From the NCBI GenBank assembly GCA_023954745.1, contig JAGSHC010000001.1, positions 14,356 to 78,355 of the forward strand: a stretch of 64,000 bases of DNA, in the 5' to 3' direction. The stretch is from Deltaproteobacteria bacterium. Lineage in GTDB: Bacteria; Myxococcota_A; UBA796; UBA9615. The position numbers were made by a program, and so were the translations under genes. A model generated the notes under the pieces. That model was given only the letters and a program-made list of their open reading frames with translations. It was not told the origin of the DNA and ran no database searches. Of the stretch, positions 49,540-59,033 are shown piece after piece; position 1 is the first letter of the stretch; each line of letters begins with the position of its first letter.

Positions 49540-50679
49540 TCAGGCCGTCTCGAGGATCCGGATGGCTTCCACGAGGAGCCACTGGATTCGCGCGTCGCCC
49601 GGCTGCACTTCGGCCGCGAGGCGCAGCAGCTCCATTCCGTCGAGTCGTGCGGTCTCCGAGCTCTGGGGGTCGAGCACGTCGACCCATCCCAGCCCGGCCA
49701 TCGCGGAAGGAGCGGTGCGCGGGTCGCGTCGCCCCCGCTGGAACCAGCGCCGGGCCTCCGCGTAGTTCACCTCGTCCATCGCCACCCAGCCCATGCGGAG
49801 GGCCTGTTGGCCCGAGGTGCCCTGGGGCAGCTTCGGGACCCCGCCTCCGGCCTTGAGCCGGTCGGCCGCGTTCTGGACTCGCTCGAGGAGACGCCGGCCC
49901 AGAGCGCGCGCCTCGTCGGTGACGTCGTCGCGCCCCGCGAGGCTGCGGTATCGGTGCTGCATGCGCGCCGAGGCCGCGGCCAGTTGCTCCTCGGTGAAGC
50001 CGGGGCGCAGTCCAAGCACTGCATAGTCGTCCGACTCCTCGAAGAGACTCCACTCCCGCTCCAGACGGCGAGTGACCTCGACTGCCGGGTCGGGGACGGT
50101 GAGTTCGAGAGAAGGCTGACTCCAGCCCGGGAACGAGGCTTCTTCTTCGGGCAGGCTCGGGACCTGCTCGATGCGGATGAACTGCAGTGCAACGAGGGCG
50201 GCGAGGTCATCGGCGACCACGCCGACTCCAATGCCCTCTGCCCGGAGGCCGTCTTCGAGGGTGAGCCCCGTGCGCAGGACCTGCGCGAGCAGCCCTCGAG
50301 TGACCCCGGGGAGGGGCAGGCGGTGCCGAGCCCGGGTGAAGTGCTCGCCCTCGGAGATCAAGACGCGGGTGCGGCCCCGGAACGCCCGTGGATTGGAGAC
50401 CAGGCGCGCGGCCTCGATCAGCAGCCCGCCGATGGGCACCGAGAGGCCGGCGTGTTCCACTTCGCCTTCACGAAAGCTCAACCCCGGGGCGCAGAGGGCA
50501 GCCACCAGATGATCAGGGGCGTCCTGCATTGTGGCCTCGCCAGCGACCAGCGTGATGGGATCACAGATCGGGGAGTGCACCACGCCCGTCGAGCGGGCGG
50601 CCCAGCGGGCGGCCACAGTCCGCAATGCGCTCACGTGCACCTTCGCGCTGACCGGGAGGAGCCGCGCCGGGTCGATCAA
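49540..50679 (-). CDS. Hypothetical protein
   Basis: 379 aa. It overlaps the upstream aldolase-like gene by 4 nt, so the two are probably co-transcribed. The segment DYAVLGLRPGFTEEQL resembles a J-domain start but lacks HPD. Confidence 0.4.
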   Translation of the reverse strand: MIDPARLLPVSAKVHVSALRTVAARWAARSTGVVHSPICDPITLVAGEATMQDAPDHLVAALCAPGLSFREGEVEHAGLSVPIGGLLIEAARLVSNPRAFRGRTRVLISEGEHFTRARHRLPLPGVTRGLLAQVLRTGLTLEDGLRAEGIGVGVVADDLAALVALQFIRIEQVPSLPEEEASFPGWSQPSLELTVPDPAVEVTRRLEREWSLFEESDDYAVLGLRPGFTEEQLAAASARMQHRYRSLAGRDDVTDEARALGRRLLERVQNAADRLKAGGGVPKLPQGTSGQQALRMGWVAMDEVNYAEARRWFQRGRRDPRTAPSAMAGLGWVDVLDPQSSETARLDGMELLRLAAEVQPGDARIQWLLVEAIRILETA

Positions 50680-51539
50680 CCGAGCACCTCAGCGATGGCC
50701 CGCCGGACTTCGCGCTCCAGGGCCACCTGCGACTGCGGCACCACGGGGGTCGCGCTCACCCGGGCGACGCTGAAGGCGGCCCTGGTGGCGAGCCCGCCAG
50801 CGGTGGGAGTCCCGCACCCCGAGCAGTCGATGCAGGCTGCGGGCAGGTCTGCGTGCTCATCGTCGGCGCGGGCGACCGCGGACGGCGGTCCCCCATACCG
50901 CTTGAGACCCATCGAGCGAAGCTTCACCGCTTCGGCCGGATCCAGCGTTTGCATTGCGCCGAGGTCGCGAGCCCACTTCATGATCTGCGCCGTGTGTTCC
51001 ATCGTCTCGAGCTTGCAGAAAGCATCCAGAAGGGAAGTCCCCGCACACACCGCTCCGTGACGGTCCATCATCACAGCGTCGTGGTTGGCGAAGGAGGTCC
51101 CCACGAGGTCAGCGAGCTCGCTGGTGCCTGTCGTCTCGTAGGGGAGGGTCGGAATGCTCCCCAGCGTGAGCACCACCTCGGGGAGCACGCAGCGGGCCAT
51201 GGACACTCCGGCCACGGTGAATGCGACGCACATGGGCGGGTGAGCGTGCACGACCGCCTCGATGTCCGGGCGGGTGCGGTAGGCCGCGAGGTGCATCGCC
51301 ATCTCGGACGTGGGCGAGCCCGCGCCGCGGACCTTGCGCCCGTCCATGTCCACCACGACGAGGTCGGCGTCGGTAAGGAACCCCTTGTGGCAACCGGCCT
51401 TCGTGCAGAGCACGAGTTCGTCCGACAGGCGCACGCTGAGGTTGCCATCCATGGCGACCAGGAGCCGGCGCTCGTAGCAGAGACGGCTGAATCGGATCAG
51501 CTCCTCACGGAGCCGTGCCTCATTGGGGCGATGTCCCAT
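50676..51539 (-). CDS. Class II aldolase/adducin-family protein
   Basis: An internal ATG (MGHRPNEARLREELIRFSRLCYERRLLVAMDGNLSVRL...) gives 287 aa. The metal-binding His region is ...EAVVHAHPPMCVAFT.... The C-terminal extension is unusual, with CIDCSGCG. Confidence 0.75.
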   Translation of the reverse strand: MGHRPNEARLREELIRFSRLCYERRLLVAMDGNLSVRLSDELVLCTKAGCHKGFLTDADLVVVDMDGRKVRGAGSPTSEMAMHLAAYRTRPDIEAVVHAHPPMCVAFTVAGVSMARCVLPEVVLTLGSIPTLPYETTGTSELADLVGTSFANHDAVMMDRHGAVCAGTSLLDAFCKLETMEHTAQIMKWARDLGAMQTLDPAEAVKLRSMGLKRYGGPPSAVARADDEHADLPAACIDCSGCGTPTAGGLATRAAFSVARVSATPVVPQSQVALEREVRRAIAEVLG

Positions 51540-51635
51540 CAGTCCGAAAGTGTAGCGCCCCTGGGCCTCGAGGCGGCTTCGGGAACTTCTCCGCGACTCG
51601 CCGTGTCTAGGCAGAGACCCCACGGAGGAGAGCCC

Positions 51636-54038
51636 ATGTCCATCTCTCGCGCTCGGCGCGCCCGCCACGCGCGCGGGACGTCCTCAGTCCAGGTCGCCCT
51701 CGTTCTTGCCGTTGCTTTGTCCTCAGCTGCCCTCGGCGCCTTTGGTGACCGGATCGTCGAGCGGGCCCGCGAGGTCCTCGACACGGGGGACCTCGTCGCC
51801 CCTGCTTCGCCCTCCCTGTTGGCGGTCGCTCCCACCGAGCCCCAGTCCTTCCCGCGGGAGGCGAAGGCCCTCCGCGCTGCCCTGAAGCGCCCGGCATCCC
51901 CCGCGGTGCTCGCCGAGCTCGTGGGTCGGTTGGGCCTCATGGGTGACAGCAGCGACGTACGGCGCCTCGAGCCCTTTCTCGCCGATCGGTCTCCTCTCGT
52001 GCGTCACGCCGCCCTCGATGCGATGGCCCGGGTTGGTGACGACGACGCCCTCGAGCGCGTCGCTGCGTTCGCCCGTGGCTCCGCCAGCGATCCCGACGTC
52101 CATCCTGCGATTCAGGCCCTGGCGCGCAGCTCCAGCCCCCTGGCGGAGGAGACTCTGCTTGCTCTCGTGGATGGCGCCGAGCAGTGGCGACGGGACGCGG
52201 CCCTCGGTGCGCTCTCGGTGCGAGGGGGTGCGAAGGCTCGGCAGGTGCTCCATCGCGAGCTGCTCTCGGGGCCCGTCGGCCAGTCCTGGAGCGCGGCGCA
52301 CAACGTGGCTCGCTTGGGAGAGGCGGCGGACGCCCGGCTGCTGATGCGCCTCGCTGCGGGCACCGGCCAGAGGTCCGACGCGGCGCTGTCGTCCTTGAGT
52401 TCCCTGCCTGGCGACGATGTCGATGGGTTCCTCATCACCCTGGCGAGCACGGCGACGGGCAACCGCAAGGGGCAGCTTCTGGGGGCGCTGGGGCAGGTGC
52501 GAGACCCTGCCGCCCTCGACGTCCTCGACGAGGTCTTCGATGGGCCCGCTCGCTGGCATGGCTACGCATGGCAGGCGCTCGGGGCGAGCCAGGCTCCCGG
52601 TGCCCTGGAGCTGCTCCTCGACCGGGTCCCCGATGCCCGCACGAGCCAGGCGTCCGAGCTCTGCAACGCCCTCGGCGCCCGCTCCGAGGAGGAGGCGCGC
52701 CTCACGTTGCGATCCCTCGCGCGGGGTGACGACGCCTTCGCCGCGGCCGCCCTGGGGAGCCTCGCCTCCCTCGAGGACTCCAAGGTCACCGACCTGTTGC
52801 TTTCCCGGTACGACGAGGAAGGGCGTCTGCCCCCGCCGGAGTCGCTGATGCACCTCGCCACCCGCGGCGGTGACGAGGGGTGGGAGCTTCTCGAGGAGGT
52901 GCTCGCCGAAGGCAGTCAAAGCGACCGCGGTTCCGTGGTGTGGGCCCTTCAGCAGCGGGGGGACGAGGATGCGAGAGACCGGCTCTTGGCCCTCGCCCGT
53001 GGTGGTGACCCGATGCTCGCCCCCCAGGCGCTGGGGGCCCTGGAGAACATGGACGAAGACGCCCGCGACGCGCTTCGTGGTCTCCTGGTCGAGCGGGTGG
53101 AGGGTGGAGAGGTGCATGACTGGGGTCAGTCGATGCAAACCCTTGCTCGTCTCGGAGGCGAGGACGCGCGGCGGATCCTCACCACGCGCGTGGAGGAGGG
53201 GACCGCCCAGGAGCGAGCCAATGCGCTGGGCGCCCTCGCCCAGATGGATGATCCCCAGGCGCAAGCGACCCTCGCCGGGGTCTTCGAGGAGACCGACGAC
53301 CCGGCGCTGCGGTCCCAGGCGCTGAGCTACATGCTGTGGAGCCCGGACGGCATCGACCCGGACCTCCTCGACGAGGCGTTGGCCGACGACGACCCCATGG
53401 TGGTCTCCCAAGTCATCAGCGCGCTGCCGCAGTCTGGTGGCGAGGACGTGAAGGAGCGGCTCCTGGCCTTTGCCGACGCGGATGACGCCTCCGTCCGCGG
53501 AGCTGCCCTCGGAGCCTTGGCTCAGACTGGCGGCCTCGAGGCCGAAGCGGCGCTGGTGTCTGCTCTCGACGATCCCGATGTCGCCTCCCAGGCAGTGTGG
53601 AACCTCCAGTCCCTTGGCACGCAGGGAGCGCGCGATGCCCTGCGGGGTGCGGCCCGCTCGGACGATCCGACGGTGCGCAGCCAGGCCATCGGCGCCCTGG
53701 GGATGGACCCGTCGGCGGAGGCGGACGAGCTGCTCCGGGAGGGATTGGACGCCGCGGACGAGTCCGTGGTCCTCGCGGCGGTGGGCGCGATGCAGAGCCG
53801 GGGGAACAGCTCGGCGGCGGAGGCGTTGGCGGAGCTTCTGACGAACGTCGCCGATGACGACGAATCCGTGGTGCGGACCCAGGTCGCTTGGGCCTTGCAG
53901 GCCATCGGTGGTCGGGTCGCTGAGGAGCACGCGGACCTCATCGCGGAGGTCCAGGGGGGCCCGATGGGCGAGGACGGGCTCGGACTCGAGTCGTTCGAGC
54001 TCCACCTCGGGCACGAGGGCTCTTGGATCTCGCCTTGA
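51636..54038 (+). CDS. Secreted HEAT-repeat (PBS-lyase-like) protein
   Basis: The ATG at 51636 (GGAGGAG upstream) gives a signal-like ...VQVALVLAVALSSAALGA, then >15 HEAT-like repeats (e.g. DPDVASQAVWNLQSLG, DPTVRSQAIGALG, DESVVRTQVAWALQAIG). The 261 upstream codons of the track ORF are antisense to the aldolase gene and are rejected. Confidence 0.7.
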   Translation: MSISRARRARHARGTSSVQVALVLAVALSSAALGAFGDRIVERAREVLDTGDLVAPASPSLLAVAPTEPQSFPREAKALRAALKRPASPAVLAELVGRLGLMGDSSDVRRLEPFLADRSPLVRHAALDAMARVGDDDALERVAAFARGSASDPDVHPAIQALARSSSPLAEETLLALVDGAEQWRRDAALGALSVRGGAKARQVLHRELLSGPVGQSWSAAHNVARLGEAADARLLMRLAAGTGQRSDAALSSLSSLPGDDVDGFLITLASTATGNRKGQLLGALGQVRDPAALDVLDEVFDGPARWHGYAWQALGASQAPGALELLLDRVPDARTSQASELCNALGARSEEEARLTLRSLARGDDAFAAAALGSLASLEDSKVTDLLLSRYDEEGRLPPPESLMHLATRGGDEGWELLEEVLAEGSQSDRGSVVWALQQRGDEDARDRLLALARGGDPMLAPQALGALENMDEDARDALRGLLVERVEGGEVHDWGQSMQTLARLGGEDARRILTTRVEEGTAQERANALGALAQMDDPQAQATLAGVFEETDDPALRSQALSYMLWSPDGIDPDLLDEALADDDPMVVSQVISALPQSGGEDVKERLLAFADADDASVRGAALGALAQTGGLEAEAALVSALDDPDVASQAVWNLQSLGTQGARDALRGAARSDDPTVRSQAIGALGMDPSAEADELLREGLDAADESVVLAAVGAMQSRGNSSAAEALAELLTNVADDDESVVRTQVAWALQAIGGRVAEEHADLIAEVQGGPMGEDGLGLESFELHLGHEGSWISP

Positions 54039-54148
54039 CCCCAGCCGTACAGCGCGCTCGCGCCGAGGCGCGCTGGAACCTGGGTCTGGACGACGCCCTG
54101 CGCCGCTGAGGTCCTGGGCTGACAGCGGCCTTCTGGTCCGTATCCTGT

Positions 54149-55054
54149 ATGGCGATGTCGTCTGTCGTCATTGCAATTCCCCATGCCGCGACCTCCCTCC
54201 CCGTGGAGGTCCGGGAGGACTACCTGCCCCATGTGACCCCGCAGTTCCTGCGGTCCATGAGCGACGTCGACACCGACATCATCTACACGCTCCCGGGGGT
54301 TCGCTCGGTCCGGTACGACTACACGCGCTTCCTCGCAGACCCCAATCGCGGGGAGCAGCAGGAGAACGAGGGTGGCGTGGTTCCCACGACGGACTTCGCA
54401 GAGGAGGGGATCTACAAGGCCTCCTGCGAGCCTGACGGCGAAGAGATCTGGCGTCGGATCCTCCGCTACCACCGGCCCTATCACGCCCGCGTGCGGGCCG
54501 AGGTCGCCGACCCCCGCACCCTCTTCTTCATCGACGCCCACTCCATGAGCGGGACGGCCCCGGTGCGGTCGCCGGACTTCGGGCGGGCCCGACCCGATGC
54601 GGTGCTCTCCAATCGAGGGGACTTCTTCGGCCTCGAGGTGTCCGGGAACGAGGTGGCGTCCGACCCGAACAAGGGGGGAGGCCCCCTGACGTGCCCCCCC
54701 GACCTCACCCAGCAGCTGTCCGAGCGGCTCAGTCACTGGCTGACCGCGTTGCCGGTCCCGCATCCCCGGCAGGGACGCGCTCCCACTGGGGAGGTGCGCA
54801 TCAACGATCCGTTTCCCGGGGGACACGGGGTGCGGACGCATGCACACCCGCGCGAGGGGATCCCGGGGCTTCAGCTCGAGCTGAACCAGGCGCTGTGGTG
54901 CGAAGAAGACACCTTTGAGCGCATTCCGGGGCGGATCGAGTGGATCCGGAAGGTCATGTCGCATTGGCTCGAGGAGCTCGTGGACCTCCGGGCCGCCTGG
55001 GACGGGGACTTGACCGACACCATCCTCCAGCTGCGGCCCATTCGAGCCGTCTGA
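54149..55054 (+). CDS. N-formylglutamate amidohydrolase family protein
   Basis: 301 aa with the FGase family motif VIAIPHAATSLP near the N-terminus and FIDAHSM. Confidence 0.75.
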   Translation: MAMSSVVIAIPHAATSLPVEVREDYLPHVTPQFLRSMSDVDTDIIYTLPGVRSVRYDYTRFLADPNRGEQQENEGGVVPTTDFAEEGIYKASCEPDGEEIWRRILRYHRPYHARVRAEVADPRTLFFIDAHSMSGTAPVRSPDFGRARPDAVLSNRGDFFGLEVSGNEVASDPNKGGGPLTCPPDLTQQLSERLSHWLTALPVPHPRQGRAPTGEVRINDPFPGGHGVRTHAHPREGIPGLQLELNQALWCEEDTFERIPGRIEWIRKVMSHWLEELVDLRAAWDGDLTDTILQLRPIRAV

Positions 55055-55138
55055 AGCCCGCGGGTCTGGCCCAGCAGTTGAAGGAGGAGTCCCCATACGT
55101 CTGTGCGGGCCCTTGGGCCGCCGATCGGCTTCGCAGCC

Positions 55139-56551
55139 CTAGCTGACGAGCGAACGCATCACCGTCTCGAAACCGGCTCGGGCCTCGCGCCAGCCCGGGT
55201 GGTGTCCGTTGTTGACGACGCGAGCGCCGCCCACCCACACGTCCTGCACCAGCTCCGCGCTGCCGGACAGCGCCATGGCTGCCAAGAGAGAGTGACCTCC
55301 CTCTGCGCCGACGGAACTGCCGACCAGCCGGGGGCTCTCGAGGTCGATGGAGACCAGGTCTGCGCGGCTGCCGGGGTGGATGCGCCCCGCGTCGAGCCCG
55401 CAAGCCCGCGCGCCACCGCGAGTGCCCGCGGCGATCAGCGGTCCGCCCACGGCGCCTCCAGGCCCTACCCCAGCGAGCACGTTGCGCTTGCCGCTGCGTA
55501 GGCGCTCCCCGTTCTCCAGGGCCGCGATCTCCGCGAAGGGGTCGACGTTGGCGTGGGAGTCGCTGCCGATGGAGAGGCTGACGCCTGCGTCCACCAGATC
55601 GCGCAGCGGCGGCAGACCGTCCCCGAGGTTGCGCTCCGTCGTCGGACACACGCAGACCTGGGCGCCACTCTCTCCCAGCAGTCGCACCTCGGCTTCGTCG
55701 ATGTGCGTGGCGTGCACTCCCACGAACTGGGGACTCAGGAGCCCTACGTCGGCGAGCAGCTCGATGGGCCGCAGCCCGTGCTCGGCGAGGCACTGCGCGA
55801 TCTCCTTTGGCTGCTCGTTCACGTGCGCATGCACGACGCCTCCCAGAGCTGCCATCTCTTCGAGGAAGGAGCGGTCGAGGGCCCGGACCGAGTGGGCGGC
55901 CATCCCGACCTGCACGGGGCACCGCCCCAGGTCTGCGAGCTCCCGGGAGCCTGAGAGGGTGTTCGCGAAGGCGTCGGCGTCGCGGTGCAGAAAGCGTCGC
56001 TGCTTCGCGCTGGCCGGAGTGCCCGGACCCCCGCGCTGGTAGGCGACTGGGAGGAGGGTCATGCCGATGCCCGCAGTCCTGGCCGACGCCACCACCCGGC
56101 GGCTCAGCTCCAGGGGGTCGGCGTAGGGAGTGCCGTCCGGCTGGTGATGCACGTAGTGAAACTCGGCCACGTGGGTGTATCCCGCCCGCAGCATCTCGGC
56201 GTAGGCGAAGGTCGTGACGGCTTCGATCTGCTCGGGGTCGAGCCGGGTCGCCGCGTCGTACATCGCTGCGCGCCAGGCCCAGAAGTCGTCGTCCTCGTGT
56301 CCTGGTTCGCGGTACTCGGTGCGCCCGCGCAACACCCGTTGGAACGCGTGGCTGTGGGCGTTGACGAAGCCGGGCAGGAGCGCCTTGCCAGCTAGCCGAA
56401 CGACGGAGGACTCTCCCGTGTCCGAGGGTGCGGACAGCTCCCTCGCCGGGCCAACGGCGAGCACCCGCCCGTCGTCTCCCACCGACACCGCGAGGTGGGG
56501 CTGGAGGACTCCGTCGAAGAGCGTGTAGTCGGCGTGCAGAACGACAGTCAT
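55139..56551 (-). CDS. hutF: Formimidoylglutamate deiminase (HutF)-like amidohydrolase
   Basis: An internal ATG (MTVVLHADYTLFDG...) gives ~470 aa. ...LLPGFVNAHSHAFQRVLRG... is the HutF/guanine-deaminase-type metal site and the TIM-barrel amidohydrolase motifs are present. It is adjacent to FGase, consistent with Hut pathway II. Confidence 0.7.
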   Translation of the reverse strand: MTVVLHADYTLFDGVLQPHLAVSVGDDGRVLAVGPARELSAPSDTGESSVVRLAGKALLPGFVNAHSHAFQRVLRGRTEYREPGHEDDDFWAWRAAMYDAATRLDPEQIEAVTTFAYAEMLRAGYTHVAEFHYVHHQPDGTPYADPLELSRRVVASARTAGIGMTLLPVAYQRGGPGTPASAKQRRFLHRDADAFANTLSGSRELADLGRCPVQVGMAAHSVRALDRSFLEEMAALGGVVHAHVNEQPKEIAQCLAEHGLRPIELLADVGLLSPQFVGVHATHIDEAEVRLLGESGAQVCVCPTTERNLGDGLPPLRDLVDAGVSLSIGSDSHANVDPFAEIAALENGERLRSGKRNVLAGVGPGGAVGGPLIAAGTRGGARACGLDAGRIHPGSRADLVSIDLESPRLVGSSVGAEGGHSLLAAMALSGSAELVQDVWVGGARVVNNGHHPGWREARAGFETVMRSLVS

Positions 56552-56607
56552 GAGGCCCAGGCTAGCCCGGATTTCTGCTAGATATCCGGCCCCATCCCGG
56601 AGCACCG

Positions 56608-58818
56608 ATGAGCAAGAAGTCGAAGAAGGCCAAGGCCCCAGAGCTCACCCCCGACGAGCTCCGTCATGCCTACCGGGTCGCGGTGCGCAACCGGTCCATG
56701 GACGAACGCATCGTGCGGCTGCTCTCCCAGGGGCGCGTGAAGTTCGCCATCTACGGGCCTGGTCAGGAGATGCACGCCACCGCCACCGCTCTGGCGTGGC
56801 ACAAGGCCACCGGCGGGAAGGACTTCGGCTTCTGCGGCCACTACCGCAGCGGCACGCTCGTCTCCATGTGGTCCGAGCTGACCGGCCGTGAGGACTTCGT
56901 CAAGGACGTGCTCCGCCAGCAGCTCAGCAAGGCGACGGACCCCTTCTCAGGTGGTCGTCAGATGGTGAACCACCTCATCGACATCCCCCGCGGGATCCTG
57001 CCCATCCAGAGCCCCCTGGGGATGAACCTCGGCAAGGCCGCGGGTTGGGCCCAGGCACAGAAGCTCATGGGCATGAGCAACGGCTTCGTGGCCGCGACCA
57101 TCGGCGACGGCAGCACCGCCGAAGGCGACCTGCACGACACCATGAACGCCATCAGCGTGTGGTCGCTTCCGATGCTGGTCATGGTCACCGACAACGAGGT
57201 GGCCATCTCGACGAAGCCCAGCGAGGGCCGCGGGATCAAGAACCTCGACAAGTACGCCAAGGCGTTCGACCTCGAGTTCTTCGAGGCCGACGGGAACGAC
57301 TTCTTCGCTTGCTACGAGACGGCCTACCGCGCCGCCCGGTACTGCATCGAGAACCAGCGTGGCGCCATGTGGCACGTGCATGGCCTCTCGCGGCTGAACG
57401 GCCACAGCTCCGCGGGCAACTACCGCTTCAACTTGGAGCAGACCGACCCCCTCGGCGTCTTCGGGCCGGAGCTGGTGAAGCGCGGGGTGCTCGAGCAGAG
57501 CGACATCGTCACGCGGGTGCCCGGAGAGGGCGCCGACTACTTCGCCCACCACGACCTGGGGCGCATCATGGGCGAGGAGGACGCCATCGTCGGGCGTTGG
57601 ATGCAGGAGGTCGAAGCCGAGGCTGACCCTGACCCCAACGGCATCTACGAGTGGACGCGTCCGGCCTTCCCGCAGGTGGACGACCCGGCGGACCTGAGCT
57701 CGCGGCCGCGCACCAACGTCACCTACGCCGGCGCGCTGCGCTCTGCCCACAAGCACATCCTCGAGTCTCGCCCATCCGGGGTGTGGGGGCAGGACGTCGG
57801 TCACCTCGGCGGGGTGATGCAGGCGACGGCAGGCCTCAAGGACTTGTTCCCGGACCGCGTGATCGACGCGCCCATCAACGAGCCACTCATCGTGGGGACC
57901 GCGGTGGGCGCGGGCATGCACCCGGACTTCACGGCGCTGCCGGAGATTCAGTTCGGCGACTACTCGCTCAACGCCTATCACTGGCTCGTGCACATGGGGA
58001 ACCTCTACTGGTCCTCCTTGGGCCAGGCCAAGCCCAGCGTGATCCTGCGGATGCCCTCGGACCCCTTCGGTGGCGGCGCGATGTATCACTCGATGTCTCT
58101 GGACGGCTTCTTCTCGGCCATCCCGGGTCTCGTCATCTGCATGCCGAGCACCAGCTACGACGCCTACGGCTTGATGCTCTCGGCGGCCGACTACGGTGGT
58201 CCCGTCGTGATGCTCGAGCCGAAGTACTGCTACCGCCGCACCAACGGCCCTGCGTTCCCGCAGGAGCCAGACCCCTCCGACAAGGCCGCCGTCAAGGCGC
58301 TCAAGGACCACATCCGACGCGGCGGGATCCCCGAGATCGGCGAGGGCGTGCGCGTCCCGCTCGGCAAGGGAATCGTGCGCCACGAAGGCGGGGACCTCAC
58401 GGTGGTCGGTTGGGGGCGCGGCGCGCTCTACGGCCTCGAGGTCGCCGAGAAGCTCGCTGGTGAAGGCATCGGCATCGACATGATCGACCTGCGCACCATC
58501 GTGCCGCCGGACATGGACCTCGTGTTCGAGTCGGTGCAGAAGACCGGGCGCTTGCTGGTCGTTGCGGACGACCGGCCCTTCGCCGGCTTCCATCGAGAGA
58601 TTCAGGCCCAGGTGGTCGAGGCGTTCCCCGGGGTACCCACGAAGGCCGTCGGCATGAAGAACGTCCCTGCCGTGTCGCAGAACGAGATGATCGAGGAGCA
58701 CACCGTGCTCACCCCCGAGCGTCTCGAGGAGGCGGCTCGCGCCCTGCTCGCCGGAGCAGTGAAGAGCACCGGAGCCGCGGGCTGGAACTGGATGCCCAGC
58801 CGCTACATCACCGGCTGA
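56608..58818 (+). CDS. 2-oxoacid dehydrogenase E1 component, fused alpha-beta (ThDP-dependent)
   Basis: 736 aa. The N-terminal E1-alpha ThDP-binding half reads ...GDGSTAEGDLHDTMNAISVWSLPMLVMVTDNEVAIST...; the C-terminal E1-beta transketolase-like half reads ...VWGQDVGHLGGV....... Confidence 0.85.
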   Translation: MSKKSKKAKAPELTPDELRHAYRVAVRNRSMDERIVRLLSQGRVKFAIYGPGQEMHATATALAWHKATGGKDFGFCGHYRSGTLVSMWSELTGREDFVKDVLRQQLSKATDPFSGGRQMVNHLIDIPRGILPIQSPLGMNLGKAAGWAQAQKLMGMSNGFVAATIGDGSTAEGDLHDTMNAISVWSLPMLVMVTDNEVAISTKPSEGRGIKNLDKYAKAFDLEFFEADGNDFFACYETAYRAARYCIENQRGAMWHVHGLSRLNGHSSAGNYRFNLEQTDPLGVFGPELVKRGVLEQSDIVTRVPGEGADYFAHHDLGRIMGEEDAIVGRWMQEVEAEADPDPNGIYEWTRPAFPQVDDPADLSSRPRTNVTYAGALRSAHKHILESRPSGVWGQDVGHLGGVMQATAGLKDLFPDRVIDAPINEPLIVGTAVGAGMHPDFTALPEIQFGDYSLNAYHWLVHMGNLYWSSLGQAKPSVILRMPSDPFGGGAMYHSMSLDGFFSAIPGLVICMPSTSYDAYGLMLSAADYGGPVVMLEPKYCYRRTNGPAFPQEPDPSDKAAVKALKDHIRRGGIPEIGEGVRVPLGKGIVRHEGGDLTVVGWGRGALYGLEVAEKLAGEGIGIDMIDLRTIVPPDMDLVFESVQKTGRLLVVADDRPFAGFHREIQAQVVEAFPGVPTKAVGMKNVPAVSQNEMIEEHTVLTPERLEEAARALLAGAVKSTGAAGWNWMPSRYITG

Positions 58819-58922
58819 GACGGCGTCGGGGCCTCGATCTCCGCGTCAGCGTCGGTTGTCGGTCGGTGCGACGTGCGGGAGCACGCCTCCCTCCGCTCCG
58901 CCCCTCGCGGCGGCGGTGGCGG

Positions 58923-59024
58923 CGACTCACCGCGCAGTTCGAGCACACGGTCCTGGTGACCGAGTCGGGCCTCGAGGTGCTCACTCGCGCACCTGCGGTG
59001 GATCGGCCTCCGAGGCGTGACTAG
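58923..59024 (+). pseudogene. map: C-terminal remnant (~33 codons) of a type I methionine aminopeptidase gene
   Basis: The frame reads RLTAQFEHTVLVTESGLEVLTRAPAVDRPPRRD*, matching the Map C-terminus (...SAQYEHTIVVTDNGCEILT...). No upstream Map sequence is present in the ~100 bp back to the preceding gene. Confidence 0.45.
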
Positions 59025-59033
59025 TCTGAGGAG

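Noticed and set aside
49540-50679. J-domain (DnaJ-like) call for the segment SDDYAVLGLRPGFTEEQLAAASARMQHRYRSL
   Set aside because: The helix I/II pattern is reminiscent of a J-domain but the invariant HPD [12 protein letters not shown] absent. It is left as a hypothetical protein.
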